Of a DNA stretch of 41,204 bases, positions 32,718 through 40,907 are shown piece after piece. The DNA is from a virus (Duplodnaviria; Caudoviricetes): positions 1 to 41,204 of IMG/VR virus record IMGVR_UViG_3300049455_000029; one strand, written 5' to 3'. The notes under the pieces are model-generated. The model was not told the origin of the DNA. It made no database searches and saw only the letters and a list, made by a program, of their open reading frames with translations. The stretch's first letter is position 1; every line of letters begins with the position of its first letter. The position numbers were made by a program, and so were the translations under genes.

Positions 32718-34787
32718 ATGGCCTCCCGCCTGCTCACCTTCCGGGGCCGTGGGATCACCACCCACACCGATGCCCCTGCCCCCGTGGCCCCGCCGGAGCC
32801 CCCCAAGCCCCGCCCGGCCCACCGCCCGATCCTGCCCCCCTGGCTCCGTCAGCGGGCCGAGCTGCGCAACGCCACCCACTGGGCAGTCCTGCACGTGGCC
32901 CACCTGGGGGCCTTTCACGGCCTGCGCCTCCCCAAGTACGCCCTGCGCCTCGCCGTCTACAGTCCCCGCGGGGCGTTCCGGGCTCTCGGCTCGGGCGCCC
33001 GCTGGCTGTTCGATGCCGACGGCCTCACGGTCCAGCGCCACGCAATCACGTCGCTCGCAGGCTCCGTCATGGGCCACGAGCGCAGCGGCCACGTGGCTCA
33101 GTACCGCTCGCTCTCCAAGGAGCACTCCCACCGGGTCCGGGGCCGCCTGTTCGTCGTCGCCATCCTCGTCGTCTTCGGTCTCCCCGCCCTCGCGGCTCTG
33201 AGCCCCCGTATCCCCGCCCTCGCCGCCGTCGTGGCCGTGGGCCTGCTCGGCTGGCACGGCCGGCGCAAGGATCGCCCCATCGTCGACCAGGGCACCATCG
33301 ATGCACCGGGGGCCCGCCCCATCACCCCCGACATGGTCGTCGCCGCGTTCAGCGCCGCAGGGCTCTGCAAGGACACGGACCCGATCACCTTCGCTGCCCC
33401 CGGCGTCGCACGTGATGGAAAGGGCTTCGCCGCCCGGGTCTTCCTGCCCATCGGCACGACGACCTCGAAAGCCGTCGACAAGACTCAGCAGATCGCCTCG
33501 GGCCTCGACGTAAAGCGCGCCCAGGTCTTCCTCGGCCCGTGGGCTGCCGACGGCTCCGAGCGCCGGGTGCAGCTCTGGGTGGCCGATACCGACCCCTACG
33601 CGGCGAAGACGCCCATCACCCCCCTCGCCGCAATCGACACCCTGGACTTCTGGAAGGGGTTCCCTTTCGGGCTCACCGCCAGGGGCCGAGCCGTCAACCT
33701 CTCGCTCGTTTGGTCCTCCCTCCTGGTGGGGGCCATCCCGAGAATGGGAAAGACCAACGTCGCCCGCCTGGTCGGCGCTGCGGCTGCCCTCGACCCTTAC
33801 GTCAAGCTCATCGTCGCCGACGGCAAGGGCGGCAAGGACTGGTCCGCCTTCGCAGACGTCGCCGACTGGTACGGCTCGGGAATCCGCGACGGCGTGGTCG
33901 AATCCTTCGCTCGCACGCTCAAGGGCCTTGTTGACGAGATGGAGCGCCGCTACACCGCCCTCAACAAGCTCCCGGACGACCGGTGCCCCGACGGCAAGGT
34001 CACCCCGTCCATCTGCCGGGACCGCCGGCTCAACATGCCGCTCGTGGTCGTCATCGTCGATGAGATCCAGCGCCTCCTGGAGCACAAGGAGCTGGGTGAC
34101 ACGATCCTCGAGCTGCTGGTTGACCTGGCCAAGACCGGGCCGGCGGCCGGCATCATGCTCGTCCTCGCCACGCAGAAGCCCGACGCACAGACCCTGCCCG
34201 ACGACCTCCGGGGCCAGATCGGCACCCGCTTCGCCCTCCGGGTCATGACCTACCAGGCCAGCGACACCATCCTCGGCGCCGGCTCCTACTCCGCCGGCCT
34301 CGATGCCTCCAAGATCGAAGAGCAGCACCTGGGCGTCGGTATCCTCCGGGGCGCCGGCGACGAGGGCAGTGCCGGCAGCGCCGGTCAGACGGTCCGCACC
34401 CACATCTGCGACATCCCGACGCTCCGCAAGATCGTCGCCCGCGGCCGGGAGTTGCGCATCAAGGCGGGGACCCTGACCGGCATGGCCGCCGGCGAGGACG
34501 TCATCGAAAACGAACCGCCCCGCAAGCTGCTCGACGACGTCCGGGAGATCTTCGCCGTCGGCGAGTCGAAGCTCTGGTCCGAGACCATCGCCTCCCGTCT
34601 CGCCGGCCGCTGGCCCGACGCCTACGACGGCTGGACTGCCGCCGACGTCGGCTCCCAGCTTGGCCGCCTCGGTATCAGGACCGGCCAGGTCTGGGCCACC
34701 ACCCCCGACGGCACCGGTGCCAACCGCAAGGGCGTGACCTTGGAGGGCCTGGCCGACCTCCAGGACGCTCCGACGGGTGCCAAGTGA
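32718..34787 (+). CDS. FtsK/SpoIIIE-family DNA translocase, TraB/TraSA-like
   Basis: N-terminal TM pair; Walker A GAIPRMGKT, DGKG, Walker B VVIVDEIQ, LATQKP, RFALRV; C-terminal wHTH-like LWSETIASRL..YDGW..NRKGV. Confidence 0.9.
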   Translation: MASRLLTFRGRGITTHTDAPAPVAPPEPPKPRPAHRPILPPWLRQRAELRNATHWAVLHVAHLGAFHGLRLPKYALRLAVYSPRGAFRALGSGARWLFDADGLTVQRHAITSLAGSVMGHERSGHVAQYRSLSKEHSHRVRGRLFVVAILVVFGLPALAALSPRIPALAAVVAVGLLGWHGRRKDRPIVDQGTIDAPGARPITPDMVVAAFSAAGLCKDTDPITFAAPGVARDGKGFAARVFLPIGTTTSKAVDKTQQIASGLDVKRAQVFLGPWAADGSERRVQLWVADTDPYAAKTPITPLAAIDTLDFWKGFPFGLTARGRAVNLSLVWSSLLVGAIPRMGKTNVARLVGAAAALDPYVKLIVADGKGGKDWSAFADVADWYGSGIRDGVVESFARTLKGLVDEMERRYTALNKLPDDRCPDGKVTPSICRDRRLNMPLVVVIVDEIQRLLEHKELGDTILELLVDLAKTGPAAGIMLVLATQKPDAQTLPDDLRGQIGTRFALRVMTYQASDTILGAGSYSAGLDASKIEEQHLGVGILRGAGDEGSAGSAGQTVRTHICDIPTLRKIVARGRELRIKAGTLTGMAAGEDVIENEPPRKLLDDVREIFAVGESKLWSETIASRLAGRWPDAYDGWTAADVGSQLGRLGIRTGQVWATTPDGTGANRKGVTLEGLADLQDAPTGAK

Positions 34788-34895
34788 ACCGCCACGGCCT
34801 CGTGGGCGTCGAGGAGCAAGCCATGCGCCGACAGGCCGGGCTGGCCTGGATTGCCGCCCAACCATCCGGGCCCCCGGTGCGGCTCGCACCCGGCA

Positions 34896-35093
34896 CTAGC
34901 TCCCCTTGGGCGTATCAAAGGGCCGCTAGAGACGGGGATAGACCTAGACCCCCTCAAGGATAGACCTATCCCCCCTCAACCTCGCCCAAAGGTCTTCTGA
35001 CCTGCGCTCTAGCCCCCTATCCGCCCCCACGACGCTCACTGTCCATTGTGCCTAGAGCCCCACCCCGCTGTCCCGACTCACAACCGCCGCTAG
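34896..35093 (+). repeat. clt-like repeat cluster downstream of the TraB-like gene
   Basis: Tandem GGATAGACCTAGACCCCCTCAA / GGATAGACCTATCCCCCTCAA (34936-34978); six CTAG tetramers in 200 bp; recurrent CTA(G/T)..CCCC units in one orientation. Confidence 0.65.
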
Positions 35094-35185
35094 AGCAGCC
35101 CCCGAGACCGGCGCCGACCGCTGGAGGAGTGGCCCGGAGCGATGCAGCGCCCCACCCGAGACTCACCGACTGGGAGGTAAAGCCC

Positions 35186-35302
35186 GTGACCGAACTGATT
35201 GGGTTCACGCTCGGATTCCTCGCCGCCTGGTACTCCGGCAGGCCCACGGGCCGGCTGGTTGCCCGGCGCTGGGGATTCCCGGTACCGGATGAGAGCCGAT
35301 GA
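35186..35302 (+). CDS. Small membrane peptide
   Basis: SD GGGAGG; MTELIGFTLGFLAAWY; ATGA overlap with next gene. Confidence 0.58.
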   Translation: MTELIGFTLGFLAAWYSGRPTGRLVARRWGFPVPDESR

Positions 35303-35670
35303 TCCGCCGCCTCGTGGCCCTTACCTTGCTCGCCACCTGCGTCCTGGCGATTCCCGCCACCGCGTGGGCCTGGCCGCAGGGCTACAGGACCGAAATCAGC
35401 ATCTCGCCAGGGGGGCACTTCACCGCGGTCCTCCACTCGCCGACCGCTCAGGACCTCTACGTCTGGATGCGGCCGCCACACTTCGGCGAGCCGGAGAACA
35501 GCCCGCGATGGGAATACCTTGCCGCGCACTGCAGCGGCTCGACCGCCTGCCACCTGTCCGGCACCTACACGGTTGACTGCACGAAGGTCTTCATCCAGTT
35601 CCAGGCGTTCAAAGGCCCGGTCTGGCCCGCTCGCCACGAGAACTTCGCCGTGGCCGAGTCGCTATGTTGA
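35299..35670 (+). CDS. Secreted protein
   Basis: Sec signal MIRRLVALTLLATCVLAIPATAWA; four Cys in mature part. Confidence 0.72.
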   Translation: MIRRLVALTLLATCVLAIPATAWAWPQGYRTEISISPGGHFTAVLHSPTAQDLYVWMRPPHFGEPENSPRWEYLAAHCSGSTACHLSGTYTVDCTKVFIQFQAFKGPVWPARHENFAVAESLC

Positions 35671-36101
35671 TCCGCCGTCTTGCCGCGGGAGTCGTCCTGG
35701 CAGGCCTGCTGGCCCTGCCCGCCGGCGCAGCGCCGAGAGCGCTGCCTCCTTCGCAGCAGTCCACCTGCACCGCCGACATCCGGGTCTGCTTCAACGAGTA
35801 CGCCTCGACCCCCGGCCCCCAGGGCGTCATCCGGGCCAATACCGACGACTCAACCCCGACGTTCGGCCACAGCGCCTTCCGCCGGGCGATCCTGATCTTC
35901 CACCTGGTGCACGACCCCGACACCGGCCGCTGGGTCCCCTACCTTGTGGCGCAGGCCCCCTGGTGCGTGGCGGTGAGCAACTGCTACGTCGAGTGGCACA
36001 CCGACGATCCGCTCGCCATGCAGCTCACGCTCTGGTGGGGCGCCACCTTCGACAACAACAATCACGTCCTCGTTGCCCGCGTGGGCTACCCGTCGGCGTG
36101 A
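35664..36101 (+). CDS. Secreted protein
   Basis: Signal MLIRRLAAGVVLAGLLALPAGA; four Cys; overlaps previous gene. Confidence 0.72.
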   Translation: MLIRRLAAGVVLAGLLALPAGAAPRALPPSQQSTCTADIRVCFNEYASTPGPQGVIRANTDDSTPTFGHSAFRRAILIFHLVHDPDTGRWVPYLVAQAPWCVAVSNCYVEWHTDDPLAMQLTLWWGATFDNNNHVLVARVGYPSA

Positions 36102-36165
36102 CGGTGCTTTGTGTGTGCGGCAGGCCTGCCAGCTCGGAAGCCTGCCGCGCCCAGAGGCGCATCTG

Positions 36166-36450
36166 ATGGGTTTCCTCTACCTGCTCGGCGAGATGCTCTT
36201 CTACACGCTGCGGCCGCTGGCCGGGATCGCTGCGATAGCGGCGGGTGTCGTGATAGGGATGGTCGCCGCCCTGTTCCTGTATGACCGGATGACCGGCCGC
36301 GTGGTTGAGCGTGCGGACCAGGACGTGACGCAGGCCGAGGTCGGCCCCAGCAACGTCTACTACCTCACGCCCGAGCTCGAGGCCGCCCACCGGGACCGCC
36401 GTGTGATGCGGTTGCTGGACCGGTCCTGTCAGGCTGATGCTCACTTTTGA
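36166..36450 (+). CDS. Membrane protein
   Basis: TM LAGIAAIAAGVVIGMVAALFLY. Confidence 0.62.
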   Translation: MGFLYLLGEMLFYTLRPLAGIAAIAAGVVIGMVAALFLYDRMTGRVVERADQDVTQAEVGPSNVYYLTPELEAAHRDRRVMRLLDRSCQADAHF

Positions 36451-36470
36451 TAATGAAGACTTATCACAAG
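36444..36470. other. lox/dif-like tyrosine-recombinase site
   Basis: CTTTTGATAA-TGAAGAC-TTATCACAAG: 10-bp inverted arms (9/10) around an asymmetric 7-bp spacer, AT-rich, about 270 bp upstream of a Cre-like recombinase. Confidence 0.7.
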
Positions 36471-36488
36471 ACCACAGGAGGTAGGAGC

Positions 36489-36737
36489 ATGACAGAAACC
36501 GAGGCCGCCGAGATTCAAGGACTCAAGGAAGAGGCCGGCGGTTGGAAGGTCGCTCACGATATGTGCGAAGAACGCAGGCTTGCCGTTCAGGTCCGTGCCG
36601 ACTGGCTGGAGGCCGAGAACAAGCGTCTACGAGAGGGCATCAGCGGGCTGGCTGAGATCACGAGCGGGGAGATTCACGAGGAATTGGAGGCGCTGCTCAC
36701 CGATCCTTCCCCAGCCCAGCCCGAGGCCGCCGACTGA
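36489..36737 (+). CDS. Coiled-coil hypothetical protein
   Basis: SD GGAGGTAGGAG; LEAENKRLRE heptads; TGATG coupling to recombinase. Confidence 0.7.
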   Translation: MTETEAAEIQGLKEEAGGWKVAHDMCEERRLAVQVRADWLEAENKRLREGISGLAEITSGEIHEELEALLTDPSPAQPEAAD

Positions 36738-37792
36738 TGGGCGACCAGGCTGTAGCCTTGGCCATCCGCCCCCTCGAGGCGGTCGGGGAGGTGGACGAGG
36801 CGGAATCCCGGATCCGGGCCTTCATGGCGGGCGCGAAGGCGGACAGCACCCGGCGGGCCTACCGTGACGACTGGCGACGCTTCGAAGCGTGGTGCGCCGC
36901 CGAAGACCTGTCAGCGTTGCCGGCCACCCCGACGGCCGTCTGCCGTTTCCTCGATCACCTCGTCGTCGAGGGCTATCTTGCTCGCAACGGGGAGCGCCGG
37001 GCCTACAGCGCTTCGACCCTCAGCCGCTTCATGGTCTCGATCAGCGTCGCCCACACCCGGGCCGGCTTCGCCCACACCGACAACCCGATCAAGCACCCGG
37101 CCGTCCAGGAGTGCTGGGAGGGCATCCGGCGCAGCGTCGGCTCCGCTCAGCGCCCGAAGGCGGCTGCCACGACGACGATCATCCGCAGCATGGTCGCCGG
37201 CCTGCCCGACCCGGTGGCCCCCCTGCCCGGCGCCGCTGACCGCCTCCAGCTCGCCGGCCTCCGGGACCGGGCCCTCGTCCTCCTGGGTTTCGCCGGCGGA
37301 TTCCGCCGCAGCGAGCTCGCCGCCCTGGCCGTCGAGGACCTGGAGGACGTCGACGAAGGCATGGACATCCGCATCCGCCGGTCGAAGACCGACCAGGCGG
37401 GCAAGGGCCGCACGGTCCTTGTCTGCTACGCCCCGGACGCCAGGGACTGCCCGGTGCGCGCGCTGAGGGCCTGGCTCGCTGCCGGCGGTATCAGCGAAGG
37501 CCCGGTCTTCCGCAAGATCGACCGCCACGGTCACGTCGGTTCCCGGCCCCTCAGCGGCCAGGCGGTCGCCGACGTCGTGAAGGCCCGGGCGAAGGCCGCG
37601 GGCCGGGATCCATCGAAGTACGCCGGGCACTCCCTGCGCCGCGGCCACGTCACCAGCGCAGCCAAGGCGGGAGCGACCCGTCAGAAGATCAAGGCGCAGA
37701 CCGGCCACCACAGCGACCGCATGGTCGACGCCTACACCGAGGACGCCGCTCGATCGGAAGGCAATTCCTCAGCCGCCATCTGGACGGTCTGA
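36737..37792 (+). CDS. Cre-like tyrosine recombinase (resolvase type)
   Basis: STRRAYRDDWRRFEAWC SAM-like N-domain; RDRALVLLGFAGGFRRSEL, RRSKTDQ, GHSLRRG, QTGH..Y. Confidence 0.92.
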   Translation: MGDQAVALAIRPLEAVGEVDEAESRIRAFMAGAKADSTRRAYRDDWRRFEAWCAAEDLSALPATPTAVCRFLDHLVVEGYLARNGERRAYSASTLSRFMVSISVAHTRAGFAHTDNPIKHPAVQECWEGIRRSVGSAQRPKAAATTTIIRSMVAGLPDPVAPLPGAADRLQLAGLRDRALVLLGFAGGFRRSELAALAVEDLEDVDEGMDIRIRRSKTDQAGKGRTVLVCYAPDARDCPVRALRAWLAAGGISEGPVFRKIDRHGHVGSRPLSGQAVADVVKARAKAAGRDPSKYAGHSLRRGHVTSAAKAGATRQKIKAQTGHHSDRMVDAYTEDAARSEGNSSAAIWTV

Positions 37793-38451
37793 TGCAGATC
37801 CGCTTCCGCCCGATCCAGGCCTGGCCCGGCGCCCTCACGGTGGGCCGCAAGGATGCCCCGTTCCGGGCGACCTTCGACGACACATTGAGAGTCCTGGAGT
37901 CCGAGCTCTCGATGATCCGCGCCCACGATGTCGTTGTCGAGCTGGCTCTCACCGAAGCCGACATCCGCATCGACGGCTGGCCCAGGGCTATCGCCAAGCC
38001 TGCTCACCCCGGTGTCATCCTCTCGTTCGACTCCCGCTATGGCGACCTCCGTTACTTCACCGACCTGTTCAAGGACAGCCAGGTGTGGCGCAAGCGCAGC
38101 GACGGCCGTAGTGGCTACAGCGACGTGCCCGGTTGGCACATGAACCTCCGGGCGATAGCCCTGGGCCTTGAAGCGCTCCGCAAGGTGGATCGCTACGGCA
38201 TCACTCGCAAGGGCGAGCAGTACACCGGCTGGCGGGCGATCACCCAGGGCAGCGAGCCCTGCATGACCCCGGACGAAGCCCTGCTGTTCGTCGCCAGCCA
38301 CGCTGGTATGACGCCGCTCGAAGTCAAGGTCGACAAGGCTCGGGCGTACCGGCAGGCCGCCAAGGCGTTGCACCCGGACGCCGGCGGCAACGAACTCGGC
38401 TTCGCCCGGCTGACCCAGGCCAAGGCACTGCTGGACGGAGCCGCCAGATAG
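37792..38451 (+). CDS. Protein with C-terminal J-domain (DnaJ-like)
   Basis: AYRQAAKALHPDAGG with HPD motif; N-terminal NLRAIALGLEALRKVDRYG..QYTGW domain. Confidence 0.8.
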   Translation: MQIRFRPIQAWPGALTVGRKDAPFRATFDDTLRVLESELSMIRAHDVVVELALTEADIRIDGWPRAIAKPAHPGVILSFDSRYGDLRYFTDLFKDSQVWRKRSDGRSGYSDVPGWHMNLRAIALGLEALRKVDRYGITRKGEQYTGWRAITQGSEPCMTPDEALLFVASHAGMTPLEVKVDKARAYRQAAKALHPDAGGNELGFARLTQAKALLDGAAR

Positions 38452-38524
38452 CCCCCGGCTGTGACCTTTGCCCGAATAGTTTTAGCGGGAATGTCACAGG
38501 GCGAACGCCTGTACGATTAGGCGC

Positions 38525-38776
38525 ATGGTTCGGGATGCCCCTACGCCCACTGAGGAGCGGATCCTGGCGCTGGAGCAGGAGGCCCACGCCGGCATCCGCC
38601 GGCTCCGGGCGGCGATCGAGCGGGTCTCCCGAATGGCGAGCACCGTCCCCTCAGCCTCCGTGATGCAGACAGGCAAGGCCACGAACGGCAGCGGGCCGCG
38701 GGACTTCACCGAGGCGATCGCCTGGCTCGACGAGGTCCGCCAGCAGGCGGCCAAGCTCGCCGACGAGGCGCCGTGA
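38525..38776 (+). CDS. Hypothetical protein, probably leaderless
   Basis: TACGAT 7 nt upstream of ATG; GTGA overlap downstream. Confidence 0.65.
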   Translation: MVRDAPTPTEERILALEQEAHAGIRRLRAAIERVSRMASTVPSASVMQTGKATNGSGPRDFTEAIAWLDEVRQQAAKLADEAP

Positions 38777-39057
38777 GCATTCAGGGGCCTACCGTCATCG
38801 TGGCCGAGCTACGGCCCGGTGACGTCGTCGAGCAGGCAGGGCAGGAAGGGCTCCCGGCCACCTTTATCATCCGCACCGAGCACCCGATCTGGCCGAAGCT
38901 GAGCCTGGTTGTTTGGAAGCTCTGGGATGGATCGTGGAGCTTCGACGCCCTCAGCGACGCCCAGGAGGTAGGGCAACTGTCGCCCTCGGATCACGGGACC
39001 AGGCAGGAGCGGCTGCGAAATGCGCTCTACGGGAGGATCCCGGGCCGCTCAGCATGA
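38773..39057 (+). CDS. Hypothetical protein
   Basis: Coupled at both ends; HPIWPKLSLVVWKL..WSFDAL. Confidence 0.68.
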   Translation: MSIQGPTVIVAELRPGDVVEQAGQEGLPATFIIRTEHPIWPKLSLVVWKLWDGSWSFDALSDAQEVGQLSPSDHGTRQERLRNALYGRIPGRSA

Positions 39058-39749
39058 TCGTCGTAGGCGCAACCCTGACCCACTACGCAATGGCGCACCG
39101 CGGGACGTGGGCCTCCTGGCTGGACACCGCCGAGGCCCTCCAGGCCCACTCCCCCGAACCCCTGAAGTTCTTCGCCGCCATCGAGGTCGACAACCGTGGG
39201 CTGGAGGAGTTCGCACCCCTGATCCACAGGCTCACGGAGCTCGACAGCGACTGGTGGACCTTCAGCCTCGACGACGGCCGTACCGAGGCCTCCACCGCCG
39301 CGGCCCGGCTCCCCCACATCTGCGCCGGCCGCAACCTGATCGCCGAGAAGGCCACCACCCTGGGCGCCTCCCACGTGCTGTACCTCGACGCCGACTGTTG
39401 CCCCCCAGCGGACGCCCTGCCGAAGCTCCTCGAGCTGGACTGGCCCTACGTGGGCGGAGAGGTCCCCACCTACTGCCTCCACGGTGAGCCCCTTCCCGGC
39501 CCGATCCCCGTCGAGGAGCACATGCCCGTGGCGGCCTTCATGCTCGTGCGCCGGGAGGTATTCAAGCGCCTGCGCTGGCGCTGGGACCCCGAGCTCGGAA
39601 TGCACGACGATGCTGCCTACCATCACGACGCTGCGCAGCTCCTGGGGATCCGGGCACGGGTGCGCAAGGACGTCGTCGGGCGCCACTACCCCGAGCGCAT
39701 CGGCCCCGTCGAGACCCGCTTCCCTGGCCGGGACATGAGCGTGCGTTGA
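39054..39749 (+). CDS. Glycosyltransferase, GT-A fold (GT2-like)
   Basis: GRN..ASHVLYLDAD (DxD), FMLVRREVF, HDD. Confidence 0.8.
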   Translation: MIVVGATLTHYAMAHRGTWASWLDTAEALQAHSPEPLKFFAAIEVDNRGLEEFAPLIHRLTELDSDWWTFSLDDGRTEASTAAARLPHICAGRNLIAEKATTLGASHVLYLDADCCPPADALPKLLELDWPYVGGEVPTYCLHGEPLPGPIPVEEHMPVAAFMLVRREVFKRLRWRWDPELGMHDDAAYHHDAAQLLGIRARVRKDVVGRHYPERIGPVETRFPGRDMSVR

Positions 39750-39884
39750 GGCCGTAGAGCCCGGTAGTTGACAAATCACGCGCGCGGGCTTTCACTGATA
39801 CGTGGCGACGTGTGCCTTGACCGAGCCCGCCCGGAGCCCTCGAGGCCAGCCGCCGCCCCTTTTCCTCTCTTCCCCAGGACATCT

Positions 39885-40907
39885 GTGCCCAGAGTGCGCT
39901 TCGTCGCCTGCGATCGGGTCGGGAGTCGCCTGCGCACCTGGTGGCCGGCCGAGGCCCTCGCCGCCCGCGGGTGGGATGCCCGGTGCTCCGAGAAGAGGTG
40001 GCCGCCGCCGGGCGAAGCGGACGTCGTCGTCGTACACCGGCCCCTGACCAACCGGGACGTCTCGCAGGTAGCGGCCCACCGCAAGGCTGGCGCCGTGGTC
40101 CTGGTCGAAGCCGACGACGCCCTCGGCCTTCTACCCCCCGGCCACGGCTGGACGCCGCCCCCGGGCGCGCTGGCCTGGCACGACGAGGCCATCCAGGAAG
40201 CCACCGGCCTGATCGTCAGCACCCAGCGCCTGGCAGAGATCTATGGCCCCCTGGCACGCCGGACGTGGCTCATCCCGAACCGTCTGCCGCGGCGCATCGG
40301 CCAGTACCGCTGGCAGCACCCACCGGGCGACACGCGGGTGCGGATCGGATGGGCGGGCATCGTGAGCACGCACGCCCACGACCTGCGCTGGCTGGCTCCA
40401 GAGGCCAAGCGCATGGTGAGCGGGGCGCTCTTCACGTCGATCGGCGATCACCGCACGCAGAAGGAGCTGCGCCTGCCGGGGCGCATCGACAAGCTGCTTG
40501 GCTTCACCTACGACGAGCGCACCTACTACGAGGGCGTGGCCCGGGCGGACATCGGCATCGTGCCCCTGCTGCCCTGCCCGTTCAACGAGGCGAAGTCGGC
40601 CCTCAAGGCCATGGAGTACATGGCCCTCGGCAAACCCGTCGTGGCCACGAGGCTGCCCGAACAGGCAGCCCTGATCACCCAAGGTATTTCGGGATTCCTG
40701 GCCGACACCCCGGCCGAGCTGGCCGACGCGGTGCAGGAACTTGTGCGGAACAAGGATCTTCGAGAGCGCATGAGTGCGGCCGCCCGGGCGACGATGGCTG
40801 GCCTGTGGCTCGAGGATTCCATCGAGGTGTTGGAGGGTGTTCTTCGGGAGGTGACGGACGTCAGGCCAGTGGGCCGGAAGCGATCGAAGGCAGCGGCTAC
40901 CGCGTGA
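39885..40907 (+). CDS. Glycosyltransferase, GT-B fold (GT4-like)
   Basis: RIGWAG..H..DL, DIGIVPL..FNEAKSALKAMEYMALGKPVVAT; start uncertain. Confidence 0.85.
   Translation: MPRVRFVACDRVGSRLRTWWPAEALAARGWDARCSEKRWPPPGEADVVVVHRPLTNRDVSQVAAHRKAGAVVLVEADDALGLLPPGHGWTPPPGALAWHDEAIQEATGLIVSTQRLAEIYGPLARRTWLIPNRLPRRIGQYRWQHPPGDTRVRIGWAGIVSTHAHDLRWLAPEAKRMVSGALFTSIGDHRTQKELRLPGRIDKLLGFTYDERTYYEGVARADIGIVPLLPCPFNEAKSALKAMEYMALGKPVVATRLPEQAALITQGISGFLADTPAELADAVQELVRNKDLRERMSAAARATMAGLWLEDSIEVLEGVLREVTDVRPVGRKRSKAAATA

Noticed and set aside
32718-34787. FtsK protein as the packaging ATPase or a type VII secretion EccC
   Set aside because: A canonical terminase and portal are present; there is a single ATPase domain and no WXG100 genes
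34784-34963. 59-aa ORF overlapping the translocase stop and running into the repeats
   Set aside because: Has a GTGA overlap but poor codon bias in its second half and no motif; not called
30673-35100. Complete autonomous AICE inserted in the phage
   Set aside because: No RepSA/RepAM or Prim-pol, no Xis-Int pair after the translocase, and no flanking att repeats recognised by eye
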